A stretch of 64,000 nucleotides of DNA from Antedon mediterranea. Taxonomy: Eukaryota > Animalia > Echinodermata. The notes under the pieces are model-generated. The model did no database searches, was not told where the DNA came from, and was given only the letters and a program-made list of their open reading frames with translations. The DNA lies in assembly GCF_964355755.1 (NCBI RefSeq), contig NC_092673.1:744001-808000 (forward strand). Reading direction: 5' to 3'. Position numbers and translations under genes: made by a program. Shown here one piece after another: positions 1 through 13,200 of the stretch (position 1 is its first letter; every line of letters starts with the position of its first letter).

Positions 1-585
1 ATTATTCTTTATTTGGTCAAATATAAAAAAATACATCAGAATTTCTTATATACACTGCAGAGATAATAAAAAATATACATATAAAATACAAATCTATATA
101 AAATCACATAAAATATCAAAAAGTCTACGATCCAGGTGTTCTCTCCATGAGTTAGCGTTGGACAAATTTGTTATAGATGACAATAGATTGTGGGACAAAT
201 GACTTATTATAGTATTTAGTACGGTTTTGAGGTAGACAGATACGAATATTAGATGGAAGAAAAGTGTATTCCTTATGGAGGGGGTGGTCTGTTTTGGAGA
301 GTATACGTTTTACTAAGGAGAGAACACCTGCATCATAGTTGAAATTAAGGACGAATACATCATCTCCAATAACCCTTCTGGTAATTTTATTTAATAATTC
401 CTTATCTTTTTCATATAAACAAAGGCTCTCAGATAATTCTACAAAAAGAGCACTAAGTATGGTCGACTGGTAGAACATTATAAAAGAATGAATATATTAT
501 TATAACATTAAATTTCCTAAGTTGTCTTAACAGATATAGCCGTTGTTGTCCTTTTTATAGATAGATATTTTTTAATGTAGTAGTA
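1..585 (-). mobile_element. 3' fragment of a non-LTR retrotransposon (L2/CR1/Rex-like), degraded
   Basis: ORF 152-478 (FYQSTILS...HPLHKEYTFLPS...RTKYYNKSFVPQSI) resembles the post-RT C-terminus of L2/CR1-group ORF2; AATAAAGAATAAT tail at 1-13 on the minus strand. Confidence 0.7.
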
Positions 586-741
586 CTAGTAGTTAGCCTT
601 TATAGTACCATGATGAGCTCCTGGCCCAGGCAGCCTGCTACTAGTGCTAGAGCTCACTGTAGCACTCTCTAGCACTATTATATAAATAACTGTACCATTT
701 TTATTAGGCCCAATTATAAACAAAGAAGATATTTTACTTAC

Positions 742-759
742 TTTTTCTGGAGTAGCCAT
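742..759 (-). CDS. probable first coding exon (MATPEK) of a gene running off the left edge
   Basis: Minus strand reads gcaATGGCTACTCCAGAAAAA|GTAAGT; CCAAT boxes (about 940-985) and TGACGTCA (about 1016) lie upstream, and a CTAG-rich patch lies downstream as in the other 5' ends here. Confidence 0.4.
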
Positions 760-1591
760 TGCTACAACCAAACAACCACCTTCGATATGAGTTGAGTAGG
801 ACACAAATTAGCTCTTTTATGATAATATTCTATCAAAATGATAACAAGATTATATGCAGGCCTTGTCAATAAAATTTCGTCGCTACTTGATAATCTGGAA
901 ATTCCCAAATAAAAAAAAACTAAGCGTCCAAGCTCTATGATTGGCTACTGGATCCAAATGAATAATCATGAATTCTGAACCAATCATAAAGGTTATAAGT
1001 GATTATATTAGGAAATGACGTCATGATTTATAAACGATGAAACGCCGCTAGTGTCTTTAATTTATTTTAGATATAAAAGCATCCAATTACATGATGCAGT
1101 TAAAAAATCCAAATTAAAGTACAATATTAAAAAATACTGTATATAGATAATATAATTGTTATAGTAAGTAACCGATATAACACTACTACAAGGCATTATG
1201 AAAAGAAACCCAGGAAAAAAAACACATCACGGGGCCTTCTATGTAGACCCGCGTTTTTGGAAGAGTCAATGTTTATTCGAACATTTTTATTCAGTTTTAC
1301 AAAGCTCAGATATTTTCAATTTTATCTAGTACTTACGATGATTATGCAGACTTATATGCTCATCAATAATATCTGTAAATTCTCTTTATTTTGTCTCTCA
1401 TGAATTGACGTTAATTTCAGGTATCCTCACCTCGTATTGAATTAAATGACGTAATTTTATTGACGTATCTTTATATATATATTTATTAGGTCTTATCGGT
1501 TCATTTACAATAATTGTCTTTATTGTTTTATTTCAACCATCTTATTTAATATTATTCCGTTTGAATCTGACAACTTAATTTTGGGATTATT

Positions 1592-2878
1592 TTATACTGT
1601 AGCTGTAGAACTGTCTGGTTCTCCTGTCGTTTTGGACTCAAACACATCGTCAGTGGCGTCATTCTCTTTACTAACTTCTTCTACGATTCTTAAGTATCTA
1701 CACTTCTTAAGATCTTCCCAGTCTTCATCACTCAGAGTATTGCCGGCGATGGATTGACCATTACTTCCTCCAGCAGTGGACTTTGCCATTGACCACACCC
1801 TTGCTTTTGGTTTGTAGATATAACTATTATGAATTGGAGGTAGAATCATTGGTGGAAGTTGCATCCCTAGTTTTTTCTTGTCTGTTGATGTTGGTTCCTG
1901 GTGAATTCCTAGAACACTGCTTCTTGTTGAACACGCTTTTGACCGATACGGCGTGTTTAACGAGTACACGCGGCTTACTTTCCGTTTCTTTTCGTCAGAA
2001 TTCCAAAAGTTCGGTGTTTCTGTATCAGAACATACCGACTCCGCACACGTTCTGTCCAAAAAATCTTTAATTTTTCGCTGCGTTTCTTTCATGTTTTCCT
2101 CTTCTTCGACCACGATTTGCGGTTTTTCAAGTTCATTATTATAGAAAAACAATTCCGAGTCGTTTAATTCCATCTGTAGTCCTAATAAATTATCATGTCT
2201 GGTATTGGAAGAAGACCGTCCGTGTTTTCCTATTAGTGGATGTTCCTGTTCAATATGGGCTCTTAATAAAGCTCTGGAATCTAACCGAGTCTTGTGGACG
2301 TTGAGTTCTCCTCTGTTCATTGTTATCGAAGGAGGGTTTATAACAACTGGTTCACAAAATGATTTGTGATCAGATTTGTTTTTTAGTAAACCTTTGCGAA
2401 ATTGCTTCCTGTGATGAGGAGATAACTGTATGTTTTGCTTCGAAATAATGTTTTTGGGAAGTTCTGGAACAGTTTTGCTATCGAGTTTTGAACTCAAATT
2501 ACGAGAACATCCCTTGGGATCCAGTGATGTCCTTGGTCCGGTTTTCATTCCACCCGCAGGGAGCAACGTGGCGCTAGCAGACGGTAGTAGTGCCGATGTA
2601 AAAATCTTCGATTTTCGATTGGTTGTTTTTCGAAATTTAGCGTTTTCCAGTCGGTTTATGTATACAAATTGTTTTGTTTCTTCGTCTTCAAAGTTGATAC
2701 AAGGCGAACGTTTGTTGATAAAAGTTCGTTGCATAACTTTCATCGACGTGGCATAAGCACGAATTTCACGTTGTATAGCTAAAGCTCTCTTTCTAAATCG
2801 TTCTCTCTCCACCGAATTACTTGTAACTACTTCACGGGATGATGATTTGGTCCCCGTTTCAAGTTCTACATCAGCCAT
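1592..2878 (-). CDS. uncharacterised intronless 428-aa protein, basic and S/K/E-rich, probably largely disordered, with a C-terminal WEDLKKCRYLR motif
   Basis: 1287-nt open frame with higher GC than its flanks, non-repetitive, good start context (aagATGG); no recognisable domain. Confidence 0.75.
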   Translation of the reverse strand: MADVELETGTKSSSREVVTSNSVERERFRKRALAIQREIRAYATSMKVMQRTFINKRSPCINFEDEETKQFVYINRLENAKFRKTTNRKSKIFTSALLPSASATLLPAGGMKTGPRTSLDPKGCSRNLSSKLDSKTVPELPKNIISKQNIQLSPHHRKQFRKGLLKNKSDHKSFCEPVVINPPSITMNRGELNVHKTRLDSRALLRAHIEQEHPLIGKHGRSSSNTRHDNLLGLQMELNDSELFFYNNELEKPQIVVEEEENMKETQRKIKDFLDRTCAESVCSDTETPNFWNSDEKKRKVSRVYSLNTPYRSKACSTRSSVLGIHQEPTSTDKKKLGMQLPPMILPPIHNSYIYKPKARVWSMAKSTAGGSNGQSIAGNTLSDEDWEDLKKCRYLRIVEEVSKENDATDDVFESKTTGEPDSSTATV

Positions 2879-4299
2879 CTTAAAAAAATGTTCACTTTAA
2901 ATGTGTTTCTAAATGAAATGCTCAAAACACGATGAAAGCGGTAATGAATGGAACACAACCGAGAGTTCGCCAAGGGTGAAATTGTACACCTCCTTTCCTT
3001 GTCCAAAAAAAAATTGGAATCGTCAATTGTATAAAAGGGAAATTATTTCAAATAATTTTACTACAGTATATTCACCACTTTACCAAGACACATTAAATAA
3101 TCATGATTTATGAAGTTTTACATGTAAAACAATGAGAAGAAGTCGGATCATTTTGTAACATAAGTTATGATGTGACGACTTAAATTGTTTCTGTTTGTGG
3201 TTTCTCTACTGAAAATAGAATATTCGTTGTAATGTTTTATAAATTAAGTCAAGGTCCTCGATGCGGTTAGGAAACAAAATTCAGAACATATTTGTATGTG
3301 GTTACGCAAATAATGATGTAATATACATTAAATATATTTCATTTTTTACCAGCCATATGGATGCATGTAGTTGAATTGAATAAAAAAAGCCTGTTTCTGA
3401 CTGAGTTGTGTAAATAAACCTACTTAGTAAAAGATGCTCGGAGGTATGCCTCTATATGGAGTTATTATACTTCCATATATAAGTGAAAGATGAGAAATTC
3501 AATGTGTAAAGTATTTATGGGCTTTTGGGGTGTTTTGTGTAATATACGGTAAAGTAGGCCTACACTGTAGTACCAGGGAGTTGACAACTCTCCCTGGTAA
3601 TACTAGTTTATATCTAGCACAACTATAAATTGAAATGAAATAACTTTACAAATATTCTGGCAACCTTTCACAAGACAAGACAATTAAAAATGGCAGATAT
3701 GTCGTGGCGCGAGAGATGATTTCAATAAGAAAACCACTAATCGTTTTAAATTCAGTTTCTTAACAGGTTTGAAATCTTATTTTATTGTAATATACGGCCA
3801 CCTAATATTAATCGTCAATAATTCTAGGTAAAGTACTTATGCTAGGCCCGAGCTGGCCTGCGGCAGCGTGCGTGGTAGGTTGAATATCGTCGAGGGCGTT
3901 CCAACTACCGGGGCCGGTCTGGGCTAGGCCTATCTAGAGGGTAGATGTTCGAAAAGTAGACTAGGCCTACAAACAGTGTATATAGGCTAGTAACTAGGTA
4001 GACTTTCATTAAGTTTTTGCCCTAGCCTACTTCCCGATTCCATTATTTAATAATAGGTCTACTACACTCACTCAAACAAAACAAAAGACTAAATAGAGTT
4101 AGAAAAGTCGAAAAAATTAACAAAACAATTATTGGTTGCTTACAGTAGCATTCCCCTTACATTACAATAGTCTATCTAAGCTAGTTTTTAGTTAGAATTA
4201 CTAGGCTAGGCCTAACTAAATGGGTTTGGCCAAAGGCCTATTCTTAAAAGGTCTAAGTTAATTTTTCTCTCTCTTCTTTGTATTACAGTCATAAACAAT
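2879..4299. promoter_or_regulatory. divergent promoter region of the orphan ORF and Nup107, including the Nup107 non-coding first exon and intron
   Basis: Head-to-head genes; CpG-richer patch about 3690-3930; donor-like CTAG|GTAAAG near 3827; acceptor TACAG at 4288 just before the Nup107 ATG; CTAG/AGGCCT-rich stretch 3840-4250. Confidence 0.5.
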
Positions 4300-7200
4300 A
4301 TGGATTCTTTCAGACAGGATGATTACAACAGGTAAATATGCAAAACAAGATTAAATGTAATGTTTTGAAACAAAATGATAATTTGTGTCTAATATAAACA
4401 GTCTAAATAAAAATTGTTTGTCTAATTAAAACTTGTTTAAAAGTTTATAAATTAAACTGTGATCTTGGAAACTTTAAATATAATTATCTGTTATTTTTTG
4501 TTTCTTCTTCGTTTTTATTTAAGGTCACTTTCGTTTGGAGTAGATGAGAACTCGCCCATTCCTAGAGGAGTTTCAAGGAGTGTGAAAGGAAACAGTTTTC
4601 TTCAAGGGCCTAAGAATCATAGTGAACGTATTAGACGATGTATCCTTCAAAATCAAATGAATTAAGGACCTACTAATTCCTTGTTGTGAATATAGGATCG
4701 GTTCATTTTAAATTTAATTCCGAAAATTTGTACAGTACAATCGTTTAGATTGGAGATAAGATTGCACAATCAACATAAAAATGGTGGAAATGTCTAGTTT
4801 CTGAAATCTGCCAAAAACATGGCATAATAATTCAATTCATAATCAACTTGACAACTTCTTTTATTTCCTTTGTCTGATAAAATATGGCAAATAATATATA
4901 TAACTATTATTAACAAAGTAATATGGCAAATAATATATATAACTATTATTAACAAAGTAATATGGCAAATAATATATATAACTTGAAACATATTAAAAAA
5001 AGAACCACATTTTGTTAGTGTCATTGCTTGTGACAGTGGCCTGGTATACTACACCAATTGTTAAGCATTTCCCTAAAGGGCAAATCAAATACAAATATAT
5101 AAACTGAAAGATACACAAATTATGATAAATAAGTTAACAAACGTTTCATAACTAAACAACTTTTTTTCATTAAACATGCAATATATTTTGTAATAGATAA
5201 CATAACAAAAAATATGCAGAAAATAATGTAAATATATATGAGATTCTGTAATTGTTGTTTATGTAACAAACATTGAATGAATAAAGGTGGTAGTAATATG
5301 TAAGTAAGTAATATGGCAAATAATATATATAACTATTATTAACAAAGTAATATGGCAAATATATATATAACTATTATTAACAAAGTAAAGGGAAAATTCT
5401 TGAAACATATTAAAAAAAGAACCACATTTTGATTAGAATTTTTTTTAAATAAAAAAAATCATTTCTTAAATTATATTAGGCTACTATTACAAGTTTGATT
5501 GTGAATAGCAACACTGATTTCTAGGCCCAATCATATTCCATTGTTGTTTTGTCTTAATTTGTTAGCTATGGGATTGCTTGACCAAGTAGCTACTCCAGGC
5601 CTTGGGGTGTCAGCCACACCAAGCTCTTCACTTAAGTACAGTACATGTAAGTTCACATTTATTTAGCCAAAAGCATGGATCTTACAGAAGAAATAAAATG
5701 TGTTTCTTTAATTGTAAGAAAAAGAAAAGATAAATAGTGCACAAACATAATGACAAGTAAACAGAAAAATATATAAAAAATACATATAAAAAAAAACTTT
5801 AAAATATACAATTCTCCAAGTTTATTAATCAAATTCAAAAGTAAATTGGACAAATCTTTTTTCTCTTCTATTTGGTAACCAAATGGCCTATGCATCCACC
5901 TAGGAAAACACACACAGATTTAGTCCCTAAATGGCCTATGCATCCACCTAGGAAAACACACACAGATTTAGTCCCTAAATGGCCTATGTATCCACCTAGG
6001 AAAACACACACAGATTTAGTCCCTAAATGGCCTATGCATCCACCTAGGAAAACACACACAGATTTAGTCCCTAAATGGCCTATGTATCCACCTAGGAAAA
6101 CACACACAGATTTAGTCCCTAAATGGCCTATGTATCCACCTAGGAAAACACACACAGATTTAGTCCCTAAATGGCCTATGCATCCACCTAGGAAAACACA
6201 CACAGATTTAGTCCCTAAATGGCCTATGTATCCACCTAGGAAAACACACACAGATTTAGTCCCTAAATGGCCTATGTATCCACCTAGGAAAACACACACA
6301 GATTTAGTCCCTAAATGGCCTATGTATCCACCTAGGAAAATACACACAGATTTAGTCCCTAAAGTATAAATATTTTATTTGTTTATATCAAAAAAGTAGA
6401 TTGTGAAATTTATGCCAATTTTGAGTGTTTTTAATTTGATTTGACGTTTAATTTGTTTTAGATACACCAAGTAAATTGCCAATACCATCGCAATATGATG
6501 TAACAGGCATAGTAAGTCCAACACCACGAAGACTGAAGACTCAGAATATGCCAGCAGATCCTATGTCATTGGTAAATATTGACACACAGGGTTATCATTA
6601 AATGATAACTTTGTCAGTAAATTTATCAAAGTCGTTACTGATTATTTGGTTGTGAATCAAACGTTTAGAAATGATTGCATTTCATACATGTTTATTCCTT
6701 TGTTTTATTTCTTTGTAAAGTAATAAATTCTATGAAATCAGTATAAAGATTGAAATCAGTATAAAGATTGAAATCAGTATAAAGATTGAAATCAGTATAA
6801 AGATTGAAATCAGTATAAAGATTGAAATCAGTATAAAGATTGAAATCAGTATAAAGATTGAAATCATTATAAAGATTGAAATCAGTATAAAGATTGAAAT
6901 CAGTATAAAGATTGAAATCAGTATAAAGATTGAAATCAGTATAAAGATTGAAATCAGTATTAAGATTGAAATCAGTATTAAGATTGAAATCAGTATTAAG
7001 ATTGAAATCAGTATTAAGATTGAAATCAGTATTAAGATTGAAATCAGTATTAAGATTGAAATCAGTATTAAGATTGAAATCAGTATTAAGATTGAAATCA
7101 GTATTAAGATTGAAATCAGTATTAAGATTGAAATCAGTATTAAGATTGAAATCAGTATAAAGATTGAAATCAGTATAAAGATTGAAATCAGTATAAAGAT

Positions 7201-10200
7201 TGAAATCAGTATAAAGATTGAAATCAGTATAAAGATTGAAATCATTATAAAGATTGAAATCATTATAAAGATTGAAATCATTATAAAGATTGAAATCATT
7301 ATAAAGATTGAAATCATTATAAAGATTGAAATCATTATAAAGATTGAAATCATTATAAAGATTGAAATCATTATAAAGATTGAAATCATTATAAAGATTG
7401 AAATCATTATAAAGATTGAAATCATTATAAAGATTGAAATCATTATAAAGATTGAAATCATTATAAAGATTGAAATCATTATAAAGATTGAAATCATTAT
7501 AAAGATTGAAATCATTATAAAGATTGAAATCATTATAAAGATTGAAATCATTACATTCCTTTTAACGAACTATGACAGTTAGCATAATTGCACAATTGAA
7601 TAAAATCAAAATTATTACCTTTTTTCTCTAAAATTAAAGAAAAGATTTTGAGTTTTTAATGTTTAATGATCATAACTTTGTCAGTATTTTTGTCTAAGTT
7701 CTTGATTATTGCTTGTGTAGCAAACATTTAAAATGTGAAATGGGCATTTAGAAATGTTCATAAATGTTTATTTCTGCGTTTTATTATCATTTCTTAATAC
7801 TATGTATAATTGGAATTCTATAAGAATTATAATTTAAAAAATTTAATTCATTGTAAGCATTTTATTATATTTCAACAAACTGTTGCAACCATGACAGTTG
7901 AATAATTGCATAATTAAAATCAAATTTATTATTTTTCCCTTCAAGATTTTGAGTTTTTAATGTTTTTTTTAACAGGGTAGTATGTCAATTCCTGAGCAGA
8001 CACGTCTTGCTGCTTCTTTATTGATGACACCAATACGACAACCAATAGCGTCATTGGAATCTATGACACCTAGTGAAGTGACCGAAGACTTTACTCTCAC
8101 CAATGTCAATCTGTTATTAGAAGATGACCCAGGAATGAGTGGTAAGGATGCTGATGACTTATTTTACAATTTTAACACAGTCAGCTCTCTCAATACCCTA
8201 CACCCCTGGTTTGGCCTAATATACATATCTTTTCTAATTTTGTGTTTTCAAAAGTCTTGCATTGGGAATGAATATAAATGAATATTATTTTTCTGTGAAA
8301 AAAAAACTACTTTAAAATATTTTGTGTCTTTATTGAATACATGTTATGACTCACTGTCTGATGAATTTTGATGAACGTTATCTTTCTTAGCAACTGCTGG
8401 TCTTTTTGAGGACTTTATGAAAAGTTTTAGAGTGTTTTCCTCACCAACCGATGTCTTCAGGCTGGTTGCAGAATATGAAAAGCTTTGTTCAGAACAAGTA
8501 ACAATGTTGAACAAGCTGGTAAAGAAAGCTAATCCTGGCCAGAATAAGTAAATACTGTTAACGTGTCAGTGTTTTAGTAGAATTCTTTTGTATTAATGAT
8601 TGATATTTTATTATGGTACTATTAGACTATTGGGTCCAAAAACTTGGATCATGAAATTCCCATGTACTTCATTAGAGGCTTTTGTTTTTCTCAGTTCGTT
8701 CTGGAACCTAATTTTCTAGAATTATGTGCATAAAACATCAATTGCCTTTATGAAATGTTCATGTCCTTATGGTTTATATTATGTGCATAAAACATCAATT
8801 GCCTTTATGAAATGTACATGTCCTTATGGTTTATATTATGTGCATAAAACATCAATTGCCTTTATGAAATGTTCATGTCCTTATGGTTTATATTATGTGC
8901 ATAAAACATCAATTGCCTTTATGAAATGTTCATGTCCTTATGGTTTATATTATGTGCATAAAACATCAATTGCCTTTATGAAATGTTCATGTCCTTATGG
9001 TTTATATTTTGTCAAATTATATATTCTTGTATTTTGTTTTATATTTAGATTTTCTAAAACAGTTGAAGTGCTTAATCTATTGGAGCAAGAGAAATGTACT
9101 TGGCGATTGCTGGGTTCATTGTATCAAGACAGACAGTCCGCAGAGGATGAGGAAACAATGGACACAGGGATGGATGTAAGTTGACATAATAAACCTATTG
9201 TTATAAACATGGACACCGGGATGGATGTAAGTTGACATAATAAACCTATTGTTATAAACATGGACACAGGGATGGATGTAAGTTGACATGATAAACCTAT
9301 AGTTATAAACATGGACACAGGGATGGATGTAAGTTGACATAATAAACCTATTGTTATAAACATGGACACCGGGATGGATGTAAGTTGACATAATAAACCT
9401 ATTGTTATAAACATGGACACAGGGATGGATGTAAGTTGACATGATAAACCTATAGTTATAAACATGGACACCGGGATGGATGTAAGTTGACATTAAATAA
9501 ACCTATAGTTTAACAATCATCAACTTTGCAATTTTCTTCCTGAATAGCAGCATTATTTCAAATTGTTTCTATTCCTTAACTTTTAATAGATGGAAAGAAA
9601 ATCAGAGCAGGAGATATCAAATTCCTTATTTGCTAGGAATTCATCTCTGCGTCAGAGTCAAATTGTTGTTGATTGGTTGGAGAGAAATGCTGTTGACCAA
9701 ATTCAAGATTATTATGAAAATGTTGAGTTCTACTCTCAATCTGTTTGTTGGTAAGTATTATTATGGATAACAAGACAGCAAACATTCTATAAATGGATTG
9801 TATTTATTAGTTAGCTTGAGTATATCATGACTTTATCTGTTGCTTTTTAAGGTTGAATAGTTAATCTCAATATCTGAAATTTAAAATGAAATTCAATTTC
9901 AGGGAAAATACTTTGCATTCACTTCAACAAAAAACTGCAAGAGTATCAAGAAGTGATCGACAACTGGTATCCCACATGGATCCTGACGCACCTGTGAGAG
10001 AGAATAAACCACTTGCAGAACTGGATAGGGTAAATATAACATGACAGAGAATAAGCCAATTGAAAATTTCAGATGTAAACAGGTGTAACTTAATGTATAA
10101 TTAACAGGTGTCTGTAAGGCAATATTTTGTGAGGCATTCTTAAAATTATGTGATTTCAATTGTGTGATCACTGACATCATTTCAGGAAGATGAGGCTAGG

Positions 10201-13200
10201 CTGCTGAAAAACCTCTTTGCTAAGATTCGAGCTGGGCAGCTTGAGGATGCTCAAAGACTGTGCAAGAAATGTGGTCAGGCTTGGAGAGCAGCAACATTAG
10301 AGGGCTGGAAACTCTACCATGATTCCAATATGAAAGCTTGTAAGTGTAGCACCGTAGCATTGAATTTATCATTCCTTTTAATCTGAGGAGCATTACAGAA
10401 TTCTATATATATATATATATATATCTATATTCTAAGATTTATATTTGTCTTTCTAACATGTTGTACTTGGTTTAGTATCAACAGGTAATATAGCAGCAAT
10501 TGAAGGCAATCCAAACCGTGATATCTGGAAGGCGACAGCCTGGCGTATGTCTCAAGATGAGCGGTTTCACCCATATGAGCGGGCAATTGCAGCTGTGTTT
10601 AGTGGAAACCTTAAAGAGGTATAGTTTTCAAAACTTATTATTATTAATGGACACCATATTTGGACTCGGCATGCCCAAATTAGAACATAAATTAACAACA
10701 TGTGAACGCTAACATACATTTGCCGATATTCAACAGACACATATTACAATTTTGTATTAATCCATCTTTTAAGTAAATATTATAATTGTGCCGTCACAGG
10801 TTCTTCCAGTGTGTCGTTCATGGGATGATTGCCTGTGGGCTTACTTTAGGGTGCTGGTTGACCAACAAGTGGAACAGGAAATCCGGGAAAATGTTCAACC
10901 TGGACGGGAAAGCCAACCACTTCCGGATAATTATTTTGATAAATTGTAAATATACATTTCGTTTTCTTTTTATATACTAGTCTTATCTTGTAAATATTTT
11001 GTATCAGAAATATAGAAATATTATAGTTTCATTCTTTTATCAATTGTATATATTGATGTATCAATTCTAGTTTTGGCATGAGTAAAATTAAGGCAAACAA
11101 ATACGGTTATGGCACCATGTTATATTTTGTTTGGTTTTTTTTTTCAGATTAACAACTAATAAAATCTTTCAAGATTTACAAGCTTTTCCAAGTGAGGTAT
11201 GTTTTTTTTATTCCAATTGTTTTGATTTTCTCATAAAACAATGTAATATATCAATGAGATGTACTAACTGTTTCATTTATTTTTAAATATTAGGACATTG
11301 AAATGCAGTCAAAACAAAAATACCACTTGATTCAGAAATACTTAATTCTAGGAGAAATTGATGGTAAGATACAGAAATGCTATATATTCTATATAAATTC
11401 CATTCCTACTAATATTTATGCTCTTATGTAATTGCTAACAAAAAATTTACTTGATCTAAGTTTCACACTCTCATCTTTGATATATAGACAACTGTGGCTG
11501 GATTTATCAAACTTTCTTTTTTTTAAACTTTGCCATAAATCCTTGATAAGCAAAAATATAAGCAAATATTGATAAATGCCTTCACAGAATAAATTTCTAG
11601 TTGATGAAAATCTATCTGTTGTTTTTTCTTCAAAGCTCTTGTTGAAGAAATGGGAGAGTGGCTCCTAGATGATGTGCACCGTCCATCTCAGCATCTTGTA
11701 CGGTTCATGGCTCATGTTGTGCTCTTTTTCCGTGGTCTTGGGTTAGACAGTAAAGAAGAGATTTGTACTGCCATCATAGAGGCTTATGTAAAGGTAAATG
11801 CTGATCATCCTGTACTTACTGTTAAGCATTGTAACAAGTATCAGTTAGTAGCTGTCATACCATCCCCCATTTAGGGGTTTGGTCAATCCCCTTAGTAACT
11901 TTGGTCAATCCCCTTAGTAACTTTGGTCAATTTCATTGTTAATGCAGTCAGGGTATAATTAAATCCCACCCACCAGAAATTGTGTACCTAGGACTGTTCT
12001 CGGTCATGTACACTAATACAAGATACAAACAGCCAATTCTAAGTCTATACAGTATTTTCATCACACTAAATCATTTTATCTACATTTTTTAATAAAATGA
12101 AAGAAAGAAGAAACAATAATTAAGTAAAGGCATGGCACATAATAATATTATTATTGCATTTATGTGTTTCAGAATTTAATTGATGTTAAACATCTAGAGT
12201 TGGTGTCTGTTTATGCTGCTCAACTCCCTGAAAGTCTTCAGGTTGAATGCTATGCACATTTCTTAGAAGGTAAATTACATTAAACATAGCGAATTAATGA
12301 GATAGAATCCATCCCACAATGCAATTGTGTTGTATGAATTGAAGTATCAGTCAACTCTCATAAAGACTTCAAAAACCAGAAACACTTTGACTTACAATTG
12401 TACAGTGTTTTTAAAAAGTCGAAAGCACTTCTGTTTTTAGGAGTGTGTGCCTTACAGTGTACACTCTTTAACATAAATGTGCATAAGCACTTTAAGTGAC
12501 CAATCATGTCCTGATTATTATGGTCAATTGTCTCATACAAATTGATTTTGTTTATTACAGGAATTCAAGAAAAGGACACAAGAAAATATTGCCTACAATT
12601 AGCAGAAGAAGCAGGTACAGTACTGCATTTGAACATAGTATTCTCCCAAAGCAATGTGGATGCTACTGCTACCTCTCTGTAATCTAACTGTGTGGTTTGT
12701 AAAGATGGCCAGCAATTGCCATGCTTGTGTTGCATTGCTCTGATGTAACAAAAAAGTAAAATAATATTTTTTTGGAAATTGACAATCTAACACTCCAGGG
12801 AAATTAGAAGGTGCCCCAGAGTAAATAGCATGAGCATCGGAACAGTAGTTTAGGGGGAGATAGAGGAACAAAAATACAAAGGGTTGTGTATAATGCTAAT
12901 GCAATATCTATTTCTCCAGGACTATAATATTGATTATTCATATTTGGTTTTAATTTGATTATTTTTACATACATATTAAAATTGTAGGCTTAGACGTACC
13001 CAAGATTACAAAGACTGTAGTTGAAAACATACGCAATAGAGATCTCACTGAATTCACAGCAGATACAGGATCTACACCAGCTATAGATGCTGCTACCTCT
13101 CAGGTAAGCTATCACAGCCAACTTACCCAATGTTTTGAGTTATATAAAGTTTTGCAATTAGTTTTGTTCTGTATTATATTTATCTGATATAAGAGTTCTC

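Noticed and set aside
1783-2756. Plus-strand ORFs overlapping the 428-aa ORF
   Set aside because: Short antisense shadows, at least two with non-ATG starts, and no splice support.
5868-7551. Repetitive ORFs 5868-6347, 5872-6369, 6730-7551 and 6948-7160
   Set aside because: Artefacts of 48-bp and 18-bp tandem repeats within Nup107 introns.
8726-9493. Cys/His-rich and MSTYIHP-repeat ORFs
   Set aside because: Products of the 57-bp and 51-bp repeats; only 9049-9175 is a real exon.
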